Assembly (NCBI GenBank): GCA_965287045.1 | Contig: OZ336891.1 | Span: 47,120,001 to 47,184,000, forward strand | DNA length: 64,000 bases | Source: Carcharhinus amblyrhynchos | Taxonomy: Eukaryota | Direction: 5' to 3' | In this document: positions 62,400 to 64,000 of the stretch, one piece after another | Layout: the number at the start of each line of letters is the position of its first letter | How positions within the stretch are numbered: the first letter of the stretch is position 1 | The notes under the pieces: model-generated | What the model was told of the DNA's origin: nothing | What the model saw: the letters and a program-made list of their open reading frames with translations, nothing else | Database searches by the model: none | Position numbers and translations under genes: made by a program

Positions 62400-63300
62400 G
62401 AAGTCTTGTGGCTCAATAGGTAGTACCCCTTCCTCGACTGGATGCTCTGGATTCACGTCTCACTCTGTGATGTCTAACTATGTTAGGGGCTGTGGATTTG
62501 ACACAAAAGTAGAAGGTATGTGCCGGAACTCTACCTCCTCACCCGCCACAGAGTTGGAGTAGACAAGGGTTCGACAACAGAAATCTCTGTTGACCCCAGA
62601 CCGGTCTCGCTTGAGTGAGGCTGTAAAATCTCACCCATTGTTTGCACACATAGAATGGAACTTCCCTGCCCTGCCCACCAAAGAAATTGTAGTGGGCGGA
62701 ACACGGATCGTGCAAAGGTTCGTTGACCTCAGGTGGGATTTTCCGACTTTGAGGTGGGCGCATCCGGAAAATCCCGTCAGTAGATTCAAACTAACACACG
62801 TCAGGTTTTATTGAAAGAGATGCTCTTTACACTGCACAGAGTATTAACTGAAAGTAAAACAGCAGCCTGTGGCAACACCCTAATGACATCACCATCAAAT
62901 CATGCAATCAGCTCTAAAAGCAATCTGCAACTCTTTTAAATATATAACATGCTCCAAGACGTGCTGGCTACAGCAGTAGCATTCATGATATGGGTTCATC
63001 AGTTGTCTATCAACCTGCTGATGATTTCAATATATTCCCACTATTCTTCAAAGGGGAAAAGAGCATGTGTGAAGTTGTGAAATGTACAATCTGGACTGAT
63101 ACTCTTATACACTACTGTGGGAGTGCTGCATTGTCAGAGGTCAAGCAATATGGATGGAGTGTCAATCTGAACCTCCTTGTCTACCTGTTCAGGTGCACAT
63201 TAACAGGCAGGGCCTCCGGGAAGATGGTGCTGAAGAGCCCTTTCATCGTTGAGGCCAAATGTAATATCTCCACTTCTCCTGTAGCTGAAAGCAGACCGTG
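62400..63300 (+). mobile_element. Ancient Deu-domain (SacSINE1-like) SINE split by an inverted LTR-like piece (~62480-62949) and a small MITE (~62522-62780)
   Basis: Head gtggctcaataggtagtacc; body ctgtgggagtgctgcattgtcagagg...ctacctgttcaggtgcacatt. Confidence 0.45.
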
Positions 63301-63329
63301 TTAGAGAGAGCAACAAGTCTCCAATTTTA

Positions 63330-64000
63330 GCATCTGTTTACCATGTTTAAAAAGAGATTGGATGAAGTTCTCCCATCTGGCAGGGGTGGCAACATAGAAT
63401 GTTTCCTGCTGTGAAGGTTGGCGGGAATCCCATATCCTCTGTCTCTAACCTCATTAATTATCTACCTCGGAGTTTTGCACCATACCCTGCGATGGGGCAA
63501 ACCTGAGCCCTGACATCATATCCTGGTGCCACATTGAAAGGGTGCCCAACATTACTGACCCACCATTGAAGAAAGTAAATAGATCTCCAGCAACACTCAG
63601 AGACTGGAAGAGGACCCACTCCAGGACACTGAATCTGGAATGTCTGCCTGTAAATGCTCTCTCTCCCAACCCACTCCACCCACTGCTGTGGTTCCCCTGG
63701 GTTCAAGCCTCCATCCTGAACTCAGGAGGCAGCCCTGGCACTGATCAGGTGAGTCCTGCCTTCTACACGGTACGTTACTCCAGATGTGTCCTGAACTGAT
63801 GCATTTTCCTGCCGGCGTCCTGGAGAATTAGGACTGGAGGTAAGAATCTGATCGAGCCTTATTCTACACCCCATTGGCAGGATGCAAATCGGTTTCACAA
63901 CAGCCTCCACCAGATCACTTGATCATAAGATCCCTACAATGCTCACTGAGGAATATTGAGGCCACAGCAGGCAAGCATGACAGTTTTCCTTCCTTGAAGT
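63330..64000 (-). mobile_element. Possible DIRS-type RT/RNase H fossil
   Basis: Minus strand FLQWWVSNVGHPF...AGYGAKL resembles the DIRS L.WW...G.PF...GWGA pattern. Confidence 0.4.

Overview
Eukaryotic, repeat-dominated vertebrate DNA. The SINE/LINE repertoire (HE1-like V-SINEs with CR1 tails, Deu-domain SINE, CR1, Rex1/Babar, RTE, Penelope) points to an elasmobranch (shark); this is an inference. The only confidently identified host gene is the 5' part of NADH-cytochrome b5 reductase 1 (cyb5r1) on the minus strand. It has a CpG-rich promoter/exon 1 near 15.2-15.5 kb and coding exons of 15, 150, 73 and 107 nt, and it continues off the left edge. The rest is layered transposable elements: a near-intact CR1 ORF2 (26.1-29.25 kb), a young Penelope GIY-YIG 3' end with a hammerhead ribozyme core, PIF/Harbinger-type MITEs, a decayed two-LTR Gypsy-like element, and L2/RTE/Rex1/DIRS fossils. 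The most notable observations are: (1) a ~285-bp element carrying two U2 snRNA-identical segments in cyb5r1 intron 1; (2) several small hammerhead-bearing Penelope derivatives with long target-site duplications, one inside the cyb5r1 promoter repeat; (3) a CR1 whose 3' UTR contains a SINE body. Repeat boundaries were read by eye and are approximate unless a TSD or splice site is cited.
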